NCBI RefSeq assembly: GCF_044704955.1
Contig: NC_091992.1
Span: 84,940,001 to 85,004,000 of the forward strand
Reading direction: 5' to 3'
Length of the DNA: 64,000 nucleotides
Source of the DNA: Pristiophorus japonicus
Taxonomy: Eukaryota
The notes beneath the pieces were generated by a model. That model saw only the letters and a program-made list of their open reading frames with translations, had not been told where the DNA came from and made no database searches. The position numbers were made by a program, and so were the translations under genes. Shown in pieces: positions 1-13,312 of the stretch. Each line of letters opens with the position of its first letter. Within the stretch, counting starts at the first letter, position 1.

Positions 1-1107
1 TTAGCAATCACCATAAATCTAGCTGAGTTGCTTATTTCTTGCAGCCAATTACAAACACAACTTGTTCTTTGACAATCTAATTAGGATAATTTACCATGTT
101 TGAGTCAGCGGTGCTCTTCACTGTGGGGATAAATCAACCTGCTTGGCTCGGAGCTGCTGTCTCTCAACCTGTTAAATCCACTGCTACCTGCCACCCCCCG
201 CCCCCCCCCCCCCGACCAGTCTTCGAATAGGCCGGGTTTTGCTAGCTCAGGTATTTGACTTATTTGCGGGCGTAGGATTGCTGGAAGTGACTGTGCCCAT
301 CTTCGGCACTCTCGGAGTGAGGCACTTGTACAAGCCGGGCATCCCTTTCCGCTCCGTGTGAGTTTATTTCCCCCCTCGAGATGTAATCAGTTCCACTTGG
401 AGTCCAACACTCAACAATTTCTGTCCTTAAGAGGATCACCAAACGCACAAGCAACCACAGTACACCCCTGGGATCTGCACAAGTTTCAAAGAATTAGTCA
501 ACGAAAGGGTTTTTGCAGCTTTCAAAATTCACTTTATTTCTGCCGCAGAATGCTTTCTATCATAAAGTGTGGTTGAAAATATTTCACAGATTTGAAGACA
601 ATTTTATTCCTGCTGCTCACTGGATATATAGTAGATATAAAAAGAAATGATGCATTGCTGAAGGGGATAAACTTCCACAGGACACACGGCGAGAGAACTA
701 CCCGAGGTTGGGATCCTGAGAGCTGATTATCGAAGTGGTTAGTTGTACCTCATGAGCATTGCTGCTATTTCATCTCAGCAACACAACCCAGAGCATGCAT
801 TGGGCAATCTTTACTGGGAGTGAGCAGCCTCATCTTCCTATTGTGCAGTGGAGGGGAATTGCATTTATTGCTACCACATGGGCTTGTTTCTCCAGTTTCA
901 TTATCTCTTCTATCACGTTCTCTCTTCAGGATCTAAACAAAAAAGAGATTCTTCTTCCTGGCGGTTTATTATACCGGCTCATCACATGGGGTTGGTGCAA
1001 CCCTTGGCAACATGAATGGGCATTCTGATCTTCAGCTGGTTCGTTAGTCATAGGAACAGGAGTAGGCCAGTCAGCCCTTTGAACCTGTTCTGCTACTCAA
1101 TCAGACT

Positions 1108-1915
1108 ATCATCATTATCATAGGCAGTCTCTCGGAATTGAGGAAGACTCTAAAAATGAGTCCTTAAGTGTTCCTTAAGTCCAATACGAGAGCCACAATC
1201 CCTCTCACAGGTGGGACAGATAGTCATTGAGGGTAAGGGAGGATGGGACTGGTTTGTCGCACGCTCTTTCCGCTGCCTGCGCTTGATTTCTGCATGCTCT
1301 CGGCAATGAGACTCCAGGTGCTCAGTGCCCTCCCGGATGCACTTCCTCCACTTAGGGCAGTCTTTGGCCAGGGATTCCCAGGTGTCGGTGGGGATGTTGC
1401 ACTTTAGCAGGGAGGCTTTGAGGGTGTCCTTGTAACATTTCCTCTGCCCACCTTTGGCTTGTTTGCCGTGAAGGAGTTCTGAGTAGAGCGCTTGCTTTGG
1501 GAGTCTCGTGTCTGGCATGCGAACAATGTGGCCTGCCCAGCGGAGCTGATCAAGTGTGGTCAGTGCTTCAATGCTGGGGATGTTGGCCTGAACGAGGATG
1601 CTAATGTTGGTGGTATTTGTAGGATCTTGCGGAGACATCGTTGATGGTATTTCTCCAGCGACTTGAGGTGCCTACTGTACATGGTCCATGTCTCTGAGCC
1701 ATACAGGAGGGCGGATATTACTACAGCTCTGTAGACCATGAGCTCGGTGGCAGATTTGAGGTCCTGGTCTTCAAAGACTCTTTTCCTCAGGTGGCCGAAG
1801 GCTGCACTGGAGGCGGTGTTGAATCTCGTCGTCAATGTCTGCTCTTGTTGATAAGAGGCTCCCAAGGTATGGGAAATGGTCCACGTTGTCCAGGGCCGCG
1901 CCGTGGATCTTGATT
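1108..1915 (-). mobile_element. RTE-clade LINE, 5'-truncated 3' fragment
   Basis: ORFs 1560..1865 and 1150..1638 give LLYGSETWT, QLRWAGHIVRMPDTRLPKQ and C-terminal CPTC...HLRTH; (GAT)n tail at 1108-1121. Confidence 0.92.
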
Positions 1916-2271
1916 GCTGATCTGTACCTCAACTCCAGTCCTCCACTCTCTCCACAAGTCTTTTTCAGCTCCTTTGCCTGACAGCAGCCATTCGAACCAG
2001 CTTTATCCAAGCATGCAGTGGGATTCATCCTCTACCTCCCCTTTATTCTTGAATAGCTGATACAACGGCCACGCCTCACTTCTAACTTGTGCTGAGTTTT
2101 TGTCACCATTTTTTGACTCTTTCCCCTGGATGTTATTCTTACCAACCAGCTTTCTCTTCTCCTGATTTCTGTCAGGGTTCCATGGGTGCTGGTCATTCCA
2201 CAATACCATGAATAAATAACCATTCTTCTTGTGTAAGTCTACACAGGGAGTGTCAGCAGTTTATTCAACGA

Positions 2272-2768
2272 TGGGGCTGAACCCAATCTTCTCCTCACTC
2301 AATGTTATCCACGCCCCTCCCCCCCGCCGCCAACTCGCACATGCGCTCACTCTCACTCATTCACTCTCCTTCCCTCTTTCACTGTCTCTCCTTCTCTCCC
2401 CTCTTTCTCTCTCTCTCTTTTACTCTCATTCGTGTTCACTCACCTGTCTCTTTATTTCTCACTCGCTCTCTGCCTCTCTCTCTCTCCCCCCGTCCCCCTT
2501 CCCCTCTCTATCTCTCAGCTTTCTCACTCTCTGACCCCACCCCTCCTTTCTCTCCCTCTCATTCTCTTTCTTTCCAGCGGAGGCCACTAGATAGTAGTGA
2601 GGAGTGTGGGCCCAGGCAAATTTATTTCCCTCTGTGGCTCGGGGATGTGGACACTAATTTTAGTGCCCCTGCTGCTGTCCCAGTTGGCACTGCGGGTTGA
2701 GTCTGGTACCTTAAGGTCTGTGAGGCTCAATCTTTCACTAGTATAATCACTCGAGCCACTGGAGGGGG
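2272..2768 (-). mobile_element. Old SINE (LF-SINE-like) interrupted by a TC-rich simple repeat (~2345-2572)
   Basis: Loose similarity by eye to 31590-31840; tRNA-like head near 2750-2768; family name from memory. Confidence 0.35.
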
Positions 2769-2894
2769 CGAAAAATTTCTATTTCAATATTATAGCTTCT
2801 GACATTTGAAATCTCTTTCAGGAAATCGTTGCAGTTAAAGGGGGAGTTTTAGGGTGAGGGTTAGGGTTGGGGGTGTGGGGGTAGTTAAAGTGTT

Positions 2895-3468
2895 AAAAAT
2901 TGGAATCTCGACCTAAACCCGCCTCCAACCCACCCACTTCCGGTTTTAATGGAGGCAGGCAACCAACCCGCTGCCAGGAGACGGGCTGCCTATTTAAATA
3001 TTATAATAAGGCCGGAAATCTCTTCTTTAACGTCCATTTTGTAATTAACAACTCCTGAAACCCGCCAGCTACAGCAAGGCAAGTATGGGTGCTGCATCCT
3101 GGAAGTAAGTGCCTTTACACCTACCTCCTGGATCCAGGATCCCTGCCTCACCCACCCCCCGTGAGCGGAGACCCCACAACAAGGCCACCAAGCACCACCC
3201 CACCCCCCTCCCCCCCGACACGACCCCCACACAATCCTTCTCTCCTTCCTCTGTGCGGCCTAGTGCCGCAGGCCTATCCCCCTGGAGCTAGTCAGCCTCT
3301 CAAAGTGGCTGGCTGAGGGTGGGAAACAAAGGCTTCTCATTCAAATCAGGCCCTGCAATTAAAGTTGGCAGGGACTGCGGGTAACCTGTTCTCCCGGCTT
3401 CCCCACCACCTCGGAGCCTCCCCCCCTCCCCCCACCCACAACCTGCCTTCTCCATTCAAATCCAGCCC
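2895..3468. mobile_element. Degenerate non-autonomous DNA transposon (Harbinger-type MITE) fragment
   Basis: Ends in AAATCCAGCCC like other GGG-terminal MITEs here; internal blocks are similar in reverse complement to 14933-15140. Confidence 0.5.
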
Positions 3469-3519
3469 AACGATTCAGTCTTCAGTTCATTTTGCACCTT
3501 TTGATTTTCCTTTATAGGT

Positions 3520-4080
3520 CCCGACCTGCGAGAGACCATCAGCGGCAGGTCGGGGCCATAAAAGGAGCGGCGAGCGGCGGCCATGGGCAGCGTGGCGGCG
3601 TACCAGGGCAAGGTACAGCGCGAGCTGGCACAGGAGGGCGACGGCAGCGGAGAGGGACGTCATCAAAATCCAGCTTGGTGATTGGACCGTGGGCAGACAC
3701 AGCAGGAGTGGCGAGTGATTGTAGAGGGATGTGATCAGGGCTCAGGAGAAGCGAGAGTTCAGGACCAGAAGAGGCAATGGCCCAGGGGTAGCATGGGCCA
3801 GCCCACACTGTGATATGTGTGCACACTAGGTCCGTGCAGCAGAGCTGGTCTCCAGTTCTCTTGCCACTGGACCAAGACCTAGCTCTGTCAAGCCCGTGTG
3901 GTGGCTGGTGTGCAATGGCCACCATATGTGAAAAAAATTCACGCACAGGCATCTTCCACCCTTCAATATGTAATTCGGGACCTGGAATATTAAGTCCTTC
4001 ATTGAAACACCTGTGAACTCATTTTTGTTGGCGTGGAAGCAAGTCATCCTCATTTCGAGGGACTGCCTATGATGATGATG
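3520..4080 (+). mobile_element. Non-autonomous retroposon with RTE 3' tail
   Basis: Last ~50 nt (TGGAAGCAAGTCATCCTC...GAGGGACTGCCTATGATGATG) match the RTE 3' end at 41772-41823; ATAGGT on both sides (3514-3519, 4081-4086); second copy at 32430-32768. Confidence 0.8.
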
Positions 4081-5549
4081 ATAGGTAATCATATTGGCAG
4101 CTGACTTCAAATCCCAGTATTGTGTGATTTCCAAACTTGCCTTACGTTACTCTGCAGTCTCTCTAGTTCTCCTCCAGGCTGCCAGGTGGAACTCTGCAGG
4201 AAGAGCCAATTGTCCTCTTATCTGATTTGAAGCAACATTGAGGTCCATTATACAGGAGGATATGGACACCAGAATGGAGTAGGGGGCCCATTACATTTTA
4301 AATTGTAAAGAATATTGAAAGGCTAAATAAATATTTATTCATGGATAATCTAGAGCAATAAAGCATCACTCAATCGGGTTAAATCTTTTCATAGAAAGGA
4401 AAAAGGAATGAAGAAGAAGAAGGTGAGGGAAAGAGATGTGAAGGAGGAGAGAGTGAGGGAAAGAGGAGTGAAGAAGGAGAGTGAGGACAGTAATTTACAT
4501 ACTTGTTTGTGAATATGTATTGTGAATGTGCCTTTAAAGCAACAAAGTACAATTACTGTTAAGCAAACCGAAGGTAGGGTCATTTGTAGTTTAATTGTTC
4601 CATTGGGGAACTTTTCAGAATGTAACGTTTTAGCTCCAGGTCAGAAGCATGTGGCAAAAAATGACTTCTTGTTTTTGTTAAAGACTGTTTTGTGTTCGTA
4701 ACTAAGTGTGACATGCACACACTGAAATATGGTTTACATTTTCGTGTCCAGTCAGCAATAAATCCAGTAATAACTTATTGGGCATTTCTAACCTGGAGCC
4801 AGCAATTTACTAACAGTTACAACTACTTCTTTCCTTTTTTATTTGCTTGGCCATAGTTGCTATGACAATTGACTGGCTTACTAGGTCACTTCAGAGAGTA
4901 TTAAGAGTCAACAATACAGCGTGTGACTGGAGCCAACTGGAGACCAGACTGGGTCATGAGTACGTCTGCCTTCTCTGATAGGCATGAGGGAATCAGTTAG
5001 GAATATAGGAATTGCTAGGCGACAAAAGTCCATCTAGTTAGCACGTACGCGCCATTTGGCTGTATCTATTTGGTGTGAGGCAGTGAACTGTCTGCTGATG
5101 CTGTGGGGATTTGGAACAGTTTAGCGTGGCTTCCGTGAACAACTTTTCGCCCAAAGTCTTTGACGTGGCGAAATAAAGATCCAGATACTGATGACAAAGC
5201 GCATTTAGAATCAAGAGCCAGAGCACTTCCCCGCGGTCCCTGAGTGTTTGCCCAATGACTTTTCTGAAGGGTGATTGTGGGAATGAACGAAAACTGGTGA
5301 AAAGAGAGCACGTACCAAGGGTGAAGTATTGCAGATTGGAACATCACAGCTCAAAAGAGAAAGCTGCAGACATATTCCAACTTGGCTCCACTGTTAGGTA
5401 GTGTATCGCTGCTGAATTTAACCCACTGTGTTACCTTTGGGATAAAACAGCAGGACGTCCTGAGTTTGTGAAAGGCGTAAAATAAACATATATCCTTTTT
5501 ACTTTTTTTCCGCAATAAAATGCTACAGGCAGGAATTTGGTATGTGAGT

Positions 5550-6210
5550 GTGTTCAGTCATATGAGAATGGTATGTTGGCCTTTATTGCAAAAGGATTGG
5601 AGTGTACGAGTAAGGAAGTCGTGCTGCAATTCTACAAGGCTTTTCTGCAACCACACCTGGGAGCACTGTGCACCGTTTTGGTTTCTGTACCTGAGGAAGA
5701 ATATACTTGCCTTAGAAGGGTTGCAGCAAAGGTTCACTAGATTGATCCCTGGGATGGGGGGATTGACCAATGAGGAGAGATTGAGAAGAATGGACCTATA
5801 CATTCTAGAGTTTAGAAGAATGAGATGTGATCTCATTGAAACATATATGGTTCTGACTTAGCATGACAGGGTAGATGCTGAGAGGCTGTTTCCTCTGGCT
5901 GGAGAGTCCAGATCTAGGGGGCATAGTCTCAGGATAAGGGGTCAGTCATTTAGTGCTGAAATGAGGAGCAATTTCTTCACTCAGAGGGTGAATCTTTGGA
6001 ATTCTCTACCTTAGAGGGCTGTGGATGCTCAGTCGTTGAGTATATTTCAAGGCTAAGATCGATAGACTTTTGGACTCAAATGGAAACAAGGGATATGAGG
6101 ATCAGCTGGGAAAGTGGAGCTCAGGTCGATGATCAGCCGTGATCTTATTGAATGGTGGAGCAGGCTCGAGGGGCCGTATGGCCTAATCGTGATCCTATTT
6201 CTTATGTTCT
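5550..6210 (+). mobile_element. CR1-clade LINE 3' fragment
   Basis: GMLAFIAKGLE and ALEGLQQRFTRLIPGM...RRMRCDLIETY, followed by a CR1-type 3' UTR ending CCTATTTCTTATGTT. Confidence 0.9.
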
Positions 6211-6947
6211 CAACAGTGATGATTAGAACCCTTCTTTACATTTTTTCCTGGATGCAACTGCTTCAACATTCCTCCCTTACTATTTAACCTTCTCACTGAG
6301 ATAGCCAGCAAGATGTAATCAGAGGAACTTCTACACTGGCTAGGAATGTGGAATGCATCTCAAAATATCTGTGCGCAAAGCAGGCAGCAAGCAGCCTGTG
6401 ATGATCATCGGATGTGTTCCATGCTTATATTGCAATAGCTGCTAAGAGGTTATGTACCATTAGCAGATAGTTTAATTAAAATAGAGCAGTCTGACAGATT
6501 ACCCAGCGGGACACGAATTCCCACTGAAGTCCTGCCATTCATAAAACCTCATTTAAACATTAAAGTTATATTGTCTTAATTCTTAAGGAGGTCATTCTTC
6601 ACAGAAACTATCCTGGCATACGTTCGGTGAGGACGGAGCTGATTGAGATGGCACAGCTGCAGAATTTGTATTTTTTAAATTTCAAGGATCCTTAGTAAAA
6701 TGAAGTGCTCATAAATAATGAAATCCATTTGCGTTTTCTGATTGATCGCAATGTTGCTGGCCACTGTACGAAACTCCAATGTTACACAGGGAGCTCATTG
6801 CTCTGATTGAGGAGTCAAATACTAAACTGAAACAGCCACAATGCGTTGTGTTCTAGATGTTCAGCAGCGCCTGAGCAGTGTATCAGTTCGTACTCGATTT
6901 CTTCATTCCCCAGTCTCTCTCTCTCTCAAGGTGCTGATTTTGTTGAG

Positions 6948-7345
6948 TTCTTCTTCTTCTTAGGCAGCCCCCCGGAGTTGAGAATGACTTGCTTCCACAC
7001 TAAAATGAGTTTGAAGGTGACTGATGAGTCCGATGCGGGATCTACAGACCCTGTCACAGATGGGGCAGGTGGTGGTTGAAGGGACAGGTGGGTGGGGTGC
7101 TTGGTTTGTCGAACGGTCCTTCCACTATTTGTACTTGACTTCCGCGTGCTCCCGGCGAAGAAACTCGAAGTGTTTGACGTATTCTCAAATGCTTCGCCTC
7201 CACTTTGAGCCGTCTTGGGCCAGGGATTCCCAAGAGTCGATAGGAATGTTACATTATTTCAAGGAGGCTTTGAGGGCGTCCTTTTCTCTGCCCTCCTGGG
7301 ACTCACTTGCCATGATGGAGCTCGGAGTTGAGTGCTTGTTTCAAG
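6948..7345 (-). mobile_element. RTE LINE 3' fragment with (AAG)n tail
   Basis: Similar to other RTE 3' ends (GGAAGCAAGTCATTCTC); TTCTTCTTC at 6948-6960. Confidence 0.8.
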
Positions 7346-7354
7346 ACAGTCCAA

Positions 7355-7792
7355 AGATAAGAACAGGAGTCGGCCATTCACCTCCCTCAAGCCTGTTTCG
7401 CCATTCAGTTAGATCACGTACCTCAGTTTCATTTACCCGCCTTTCATCCGTATCCCCTGATGTTTTAAAAAAATCTCCACCTTGAAAGTTTCAATTGACC
7501 CAGTATCCATTACCTTCTGGGGAGCGAATTCCACATTTCCACTACCCTTTGTGTGAAAAAGTGCTTCTTGATTTCACTCCTTGAATGGCCTAGCTCTAAT
7601 TTTAAGATTATGCCCTCTTGATTTGGATGCCCAAACCAGAGAAAATAATTTATTTGTATCTACTCTATCAATCCCTTTATCATTTTAAAGACTTTCATTA
7701 GATCACCCCTCATACTTCTGAACTCATGTGAATACAAACCAAGTTAATGCAACCTGTTCTCATAATTTAACTCTTTAAGCCCTAGTATCATT
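7355..7792 (-). mobile_element. CR1-clade LINE 3' fragment
   Basis: Reverse complement of CR1 ORF2 end and 3' UTR (GAACAGGAGTCGGCCATTC). Confidence 0.75.
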
Positions 7793-8230
7793 CTGATGAG
7801 TCAGAAGGTTGTGAGTTCAAATCCCATTCCAGAGACTTGCGCACATAAATCTAGGCTGACAGTCCAGTGCAGTACCGAGGGAGTGCTGCACCGTCGGAGG
7901 TGCCGTCTTTCGGATGAGACGTTAAACCGAATCCACATCTGCTCTCTCAGGTGGTTGCAAAAGATCTCATGGCACTATTTCGAAGAAGATCAGGGGAGTT
8001 ATCCCCAGTGTCCTGGTCAATATTTATCTCTCAATCAACATAATAAAAACAGATTATCTGGTCATTATCACATTGCTGTTTGTGGGAGCTTGCTGTGCGC
8101 AATTTGGCTGCCGTGTTTCCTACATTACAACAGTGACTACACTCCAAAAGTACTTCATTGGCTGTAAAGCACTTTGAGATGTCTGGTAGTCATGAAAGGC
8201 GCTATATAAATGTAAGTCTTTCTTTCTTTC
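7793..8230 (+). mobile_element. Deu-domain SINE (SacSINE1-like), 5'-truncated
   Basis: B-box GAGTTCAAATCC, Deu core GGATGAGACGTTAAACCG...ATGGCACT...GTGTCCTGG, L2-like tail GGCGCTATATAAAT + (TTTC)n. Confidence 0.88.
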
Positions 8231-8811
8231 TTACCTCCTTAAAGGTCGATATATCTTTCAGAACCCCAGCAGAGTGCACCTAACGCAGTACATAGTGGTG
8301 ATCGAACCTGCAAGCTTCTCGGCTGGTATTGGGCAGTGTAGGGAGACACAAGCCTTCACTATCAGAGGCGGAACCCACGCAACACAGTTATATGAACATA
8401 ACAAAAAGAAAAGATAGATATGGAGAGAAACACAAACACACAACAAAGACAGATACGCAGAAACCCAGATGTAACAATTTGAGATACAGGCACACAACAA
8501 GGAGGGAGACTGAGACAAATAGAGAGATTTCAAAGAGATCAAACTGAGCAACAAAGAACAGAACCAAGAAAAAAGGAGGGAGACCAAGTCAAGCAGCAAA
8601 AGGAAGGACACATCAGAGAGAGAGAGATCAGAAAGCTATGAGATGAAATACATTCCAGCAGAGAGAAAAACGGCAATGGCAAAAGGGGAGCGTGAGATGG
8701 AAATTGTAACAACCAAAAGCAGAGGCAGAGAGGAAACAAAAATCCAACAAGGACAAAGAAGAAGATTTTTTAATATTACAAGTTTCATCGAGCACCATAG
8801 AGCTTATGAAT

Positions 8812-9022
8812 AACAAACAACAACAACAACTTGGATATATATAACGCCTTGTATGGAGTGAAACGTCCCAAGGTGTTTCACAGAAGTATTATGAGATAAA
8901 AAATGTGACACCGAGCAGCATAAGGAGAAATTAGGGCAGGTGACCAAAAGCTTGGTCAAAGAGGTAGGTTTTAAGAGCATCTTAAAGGAGGAAAGAGAGG
9001 CAGAGGCAGAGATATTTAGGCA
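8812..9022 (-). mobile_element. L2 LINE 3' fragment
   Basis: (CAA)n tail; reverse complement similar to 45905-46098. Confidence 0.8.
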
Positions 9023-9099
9023 GGCGGGGAAGTGGGGAGAGAAGCAAAACTGGAATTGTGCAGCAGAAAAGTAGAAAGTGAATTTGGAAGACAGAGTAA

Positions 9100-10920
9100 A
9101 CGAGGGCTGGGAAATAGGCAACAAGGGAGTTTGGCACTACTAAGTGGTATATACTTCGATGCAAGAAGTATAGGGAATAAGGCAGATGAGCTGAAAGCAC
9201 AGACAGACACTTGGGAGTATGATATTATAGCTATTACTGAGACATGGCTGAAAGAAGGGCAGGTATGGTAGCTCAACATTCCTGGTTACGGGGTTTTCTG
9301 ATGGGAGATGGGGTTAAAAAAGGAGGGGGGGTCGCAGTATTAATTAAGGAAACAATTACAGCTGTGAGAAGGGATGATATAAGAACATAAGAACATAAGA
9401 AATAGGAACAGGAGTAGGCCATATGGCTCTTCGAGCCTGCTTCACCATTCAATAAGATCATGGCTGATCTGATCATGGACTCAGCTCCACTTCCCTGCCC
9501 ACTCCCCATAACCCTTATCCCCTTATCATTTAAGAAACTGTCTATTTCTGTCTTAAATTTATTCAATGACCCAGCTTCCACAGCTCTCTGAGGCAGCGAA
9601 TTCCACAGATTTACAACCCTGTGAGAGAAGAAATTTCTCCTCAGTTCTGTTTTAAATTGGCGGCCCCTTATTCTAGGATTATGCCCTCTAGTTCTAGTCT
9701 CCCCCATCAGTGGAAACATCCTCTCTGCATCCACCTTGTCAAGCCCCCTCATAATCTTATACGTTTCGATAAGGTCACCTCTCATTCTTCTGAATTCCAA
9801 TGAGTAGAGACCCAACCTACTCAGCCTTTGCTCATAAGTCAAACCCCTCATTTCCGGAATCAACCTAGTGAATCTTCCCTGAACTGCCTCCAAAGCAAGC
9901 ATATCCTTTCATAAATATGGAAACTAAAACTGCATGCAGTATTCCAGGTGTGGCCTCACCAATACCTTGCAGAGCTGTAGCAAGATTTCCCTGTTTTTAT
10001 ACTCCATCCCCTTTGCAATAAAGACCAAGATACCATTGGCCTTCCTGATCACTTGCTTTACCTGCATACTATCCTTTTGTGTTTCATGCTGTACTGTGGC
10101 ACTTTGCAATCTTTCTCCATTTAAATAATAACTTGCTCTTTGATTTTTTCTGCCAGAGTGCATGACATCACACTTTCCGACATTATACTCCATCTGCCAA
10201 ATTTTTGTCCACTCACTTAGCCTGTCTATGTTCTTTTGCAGATTTTTTGTGTCCTTCTCACACATTGCTTTTCCTCCCATCTTTGTATCGTCAGCAAACT
10301 TGGCTACATTACACTCAGTCCCTTCTTCCAAGTCATTAATATAGATTTTAAATAGTTGGGTTCCCAACACTGATCCCTGTGGCACCCCACTAGTTACTGG
10401 TTGCCAACCAGAGAATGAACCATTTATGTTAGAGAGGTCATCAAACAAGGCCATATGGGTTGAATTGAAGAACAAAAAAGGGGCGATTACACTACTTGGA
10501 GTGTACTATAGACACCCAAACAATCAGAGGGCGATAGAAGAATAAATATGCGGGCAAATTGCTGCAAAATGCAAAAACTACAGAGCTGTAATAGTGGGGG
10601 ATTTCAACTACCCGAATATTAATTGGGGAAAAAGTTGTGTAAAAGGTACAGAGGCAGCAGAATTCCTAAAATACATTCAGGAGAACCTCTTTAGCCAGTA
10701 TGTAACAGGCCCAACAAGGGAGGGGGCTGTTCTGAACTTGGTTTTGGGGAATGAAGAGGGGCAGGTGGAAAGAGTATCAGTGGGAGAGCATTTTGGTGCT
10801 AATGATCATAATTCAGTAAGACTCGGTAGTTATGGAAAAGGACAAAGGTGGACCAGAAATAAAGGTTCTCAATTGGGGTAAAGCAAAATTTGCTGAGCTG
10901 AGATGGGATTTGGCCAAAAT
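9100..10920 (+). mobile_element. CR1 LINE ORF2 endonuclease region, split by another CR1
   Basis: APE motifs YFDARSIGNK...IIAITETW (ORF 9032..9271) and GDFNYPNINW...NDHNSV (ORF 10594..10881). Confidence 0.88.
9381..10427 (-). mobile_element. CR1 LINE 3' part (RT and 3' UTR) nested in antisense in another CR1
   Basis: SGVPQGSVLG, KFADDTK, WQMEYNVGKC, RPHLEYC; (AAGAACAT)n tail at 9381. Confidence 0.93.
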
Positions 10921-12022
10921 CGAGGCTACTCGGGGATCTCCCAAGCCATTGTCCATGGTAAGTTGGATGACAGGTGGGAAACGTGGCAAAAAAGCCCCCA
11001 AAAATCCTGTATTTCTGGGTTTCCTGTCCATAGCTCCTCCCCCACGCATCTCCTAGATCATTTTGGGTCTGCGTGTCTCGGTGAGCTTTCTTCAGTCTGA
11101 TTGGTTGAAGAGCCACACTGTTCCCTTTCCTGCTCGCACACATCACAGATCTGCTGTAGAGGGCGCCATGCTCGAAGTGATCTCTAGAAAGAGTGGGACA
11201 ATAATTGTGGCCTATTTGTACGTGTACGATGTGCGCACGCAGCTGAAGAAGACTCACAAGTGCTGGATATCGCCGAGAAACGGATTTCCAATCGGTCAAA
11301 ATTTATTTTGACAGCTCGCACGCACCCACGGGAGAAGGATACTTGCGGGCAGAGATTTGGGCCGTTTGCCGAACACTTGCCCAGTGAATGTCCTTCAAAC
11401 TCTTAACGCCTGGTAAAAGCAGGCATACAGACTACTTTTTACCAACGTAAGACTATTAAAATATTCAAAAATGTTATTACTTATTTTTATATTAAAAACC
11501 ATGTTTATGAAGGTAAGTTTATCTTTAACACTATTAAAACATTTTTTTTTAATTTGAAAAAATACATATTTCTCTAAAACATTTAATTTAATGCAATTTC
11601 TATTAATTTAAAAAAAAGAAGTGTTGTTTTATTTATGTTTGTGTTTTATTTGATTTTTGGAGTGTTCTCATTGATTGTAATAGAATCTTGGAGCTCACGT
11701 CATCATGAATGAGAAGACTAAATTGTGATTGGTGGTCCAGGCCCACATGATCCCAAGATATACATGCGATTCTGCAAGACATGTTCCCGTACGCTGGACT
11801 GCGCAACCAGGCCTCCGAGCGCAATCCTACGTTCCTCTGGGACCACCAGGTATTTTTGTAACATTTTTGGGGGTTTTGAGGCGTTCGCCCATTGGAAGAC
11901 TTCAACCGCAAATTTCCCTCCAGTAAGTAGCCGTTCAAAAGCCTGCGAAAAGTCTGTGGGAGGCTGTAGGCATAGTGAATGATGACCACTGCTCATCTGC
12001 CACTGACCGCAAAATCCAGACC
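10921..12022. mobile_element. Non-autonomous DNA transposon remnant (Harbinger-type end)
   Basis: Right end GACCGCAAAATCCAGACC is the near reverse complement of GGCCTGGATTTTGCGGTC at 63373; GC-rich arms with an AT-rich core. Confidence 0.55.
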
Positions 12023-12843
12023 AATATTCTACTGTTAAAGGCCTTTTCCTTTAAGGCCACATAATCTAACTGTCATAAATAGCGACACTCTGCAATTAGT
12101 TAGAAATTACTTTTTGTTGGTGAGGAGAGTTTGCTCGTTGGCAGACGTTTGCAATTTTCTAGCTCCAGGTTAGTTGAAAGCAGCATGAAATAACTTTTTT
12201 TTCATACTAGAGACAAAGAGCGTGGAGCTTTACTGCTGAGAGAAGAAAGGAAAATAGAATAAGTATCATCAAAAACAAGTGAAAATTAAAAAAAATAAAG
12301 CAGTATCCTTGACCGCTCAAAGAAGAGCAAGACTTTATGCTTCAGAAAATTCATTCAAAGTAATGGACTGAAAAACACAGTTGTGCAATTTGCCGATAAG
12401 TGGTCCCAGCATGTGTTGGGTCGGCCGAAGCAAAACATCTTCCCTTGTCTTCCCATTGGAACAAACTCCAGATTTAGGAGTTAAAGTGGCCATTTGCTGA
12501 CAAACACACAACACAAATTCCACCCCGAGGTTCACAATTTATTCTCTCTTGCCCCCCCCCCCCTGCTGCAGGTTCTGACCCCGTGCTGGGGTACATTGCC
12601 ATAGATGCCACATATGCCATGAACACAGGTTTCTCCCGATCTTCCACTCTAACGTTATGGAAGATTCTCGCAAACCCCAGACAAACAAGGTAAACACCAT
12701 TTTATTCCGTTTCTCGGGAGTTTCCATGGATTTTCCACCATAGGTGCAGCAGAAAGTTGGGAGACGAATGTTGGGTCAACACATCTGAGCCAAATCCTAT
12801 TGTTGTTCAACATCTATAGTAACCATTGAATTCTACAATAGGT

Positions 12844-13312
12844 GGCAGCTGTGGCTCAGTGGGTAGCACCCTTACCTCCACAGCCCAAAGGTTGTGGGCT
12901 CAAGTCCCACCACAGAGTCTTCAGCACAAAATCCAGGATGACACTCCAGTCCAATACTGAGGGAGAGCTGCACAATTGGAGGTGCCGTCTTTCAGATGAA
13001 ATGTTAAACTGAGACTCCATCTGTTCTCTCAGGTGAACGTAAAAGATCCCATGGCACTATTTCGAAGAAGAGCAGGGACGTTATCCCTGGTGTCCTGGAC
13101 AATATTTATCTCTCAATCAACATCACTAAAATAGATTATCTGGTCATTATCTCATTGCTGTTTGTGAGAGTTTGCTGTGTGCAAATTGGCTGCCGCATAT
13201 CCTACCTTACAAAAGTGACTGCACTTAAAAAAGTACTTAATTGGCTGTAAAGCATTTTGAGATATCCGGTGGTTGTGAAAGGTGCTATATAAATGCAATC
13301 CTTCTTTCTTTC
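12844..13312 (+). mobile_element. Deu-domain SINE (SacSINE1-like), near full length
   Basis: A-box TGGCTCAGTGG, degenerate B-box, Deu core, L2-like tail. Confidence 0.9.

Noticed and set aside
247-300. Minus-strand ATG in good context giving MGTVTSS (myristoylation-like)
   Set aside because: Stops after 17 codons with no convincing splice donor
5038-5347. Minus-strand ORFs behind a plausible acceptor near 5275
   Set aside because: No recognisable domain in any frame and no partner exon can be linked
8390-8770. Hydrophobic minus-strand ORFs
   Set aside because: Products of GA-rich low-complexity sequence
12844-12910. tRNA gene
   Set aside because: A/B boxes run straight into a SINE body; no cloverleaf or terminator
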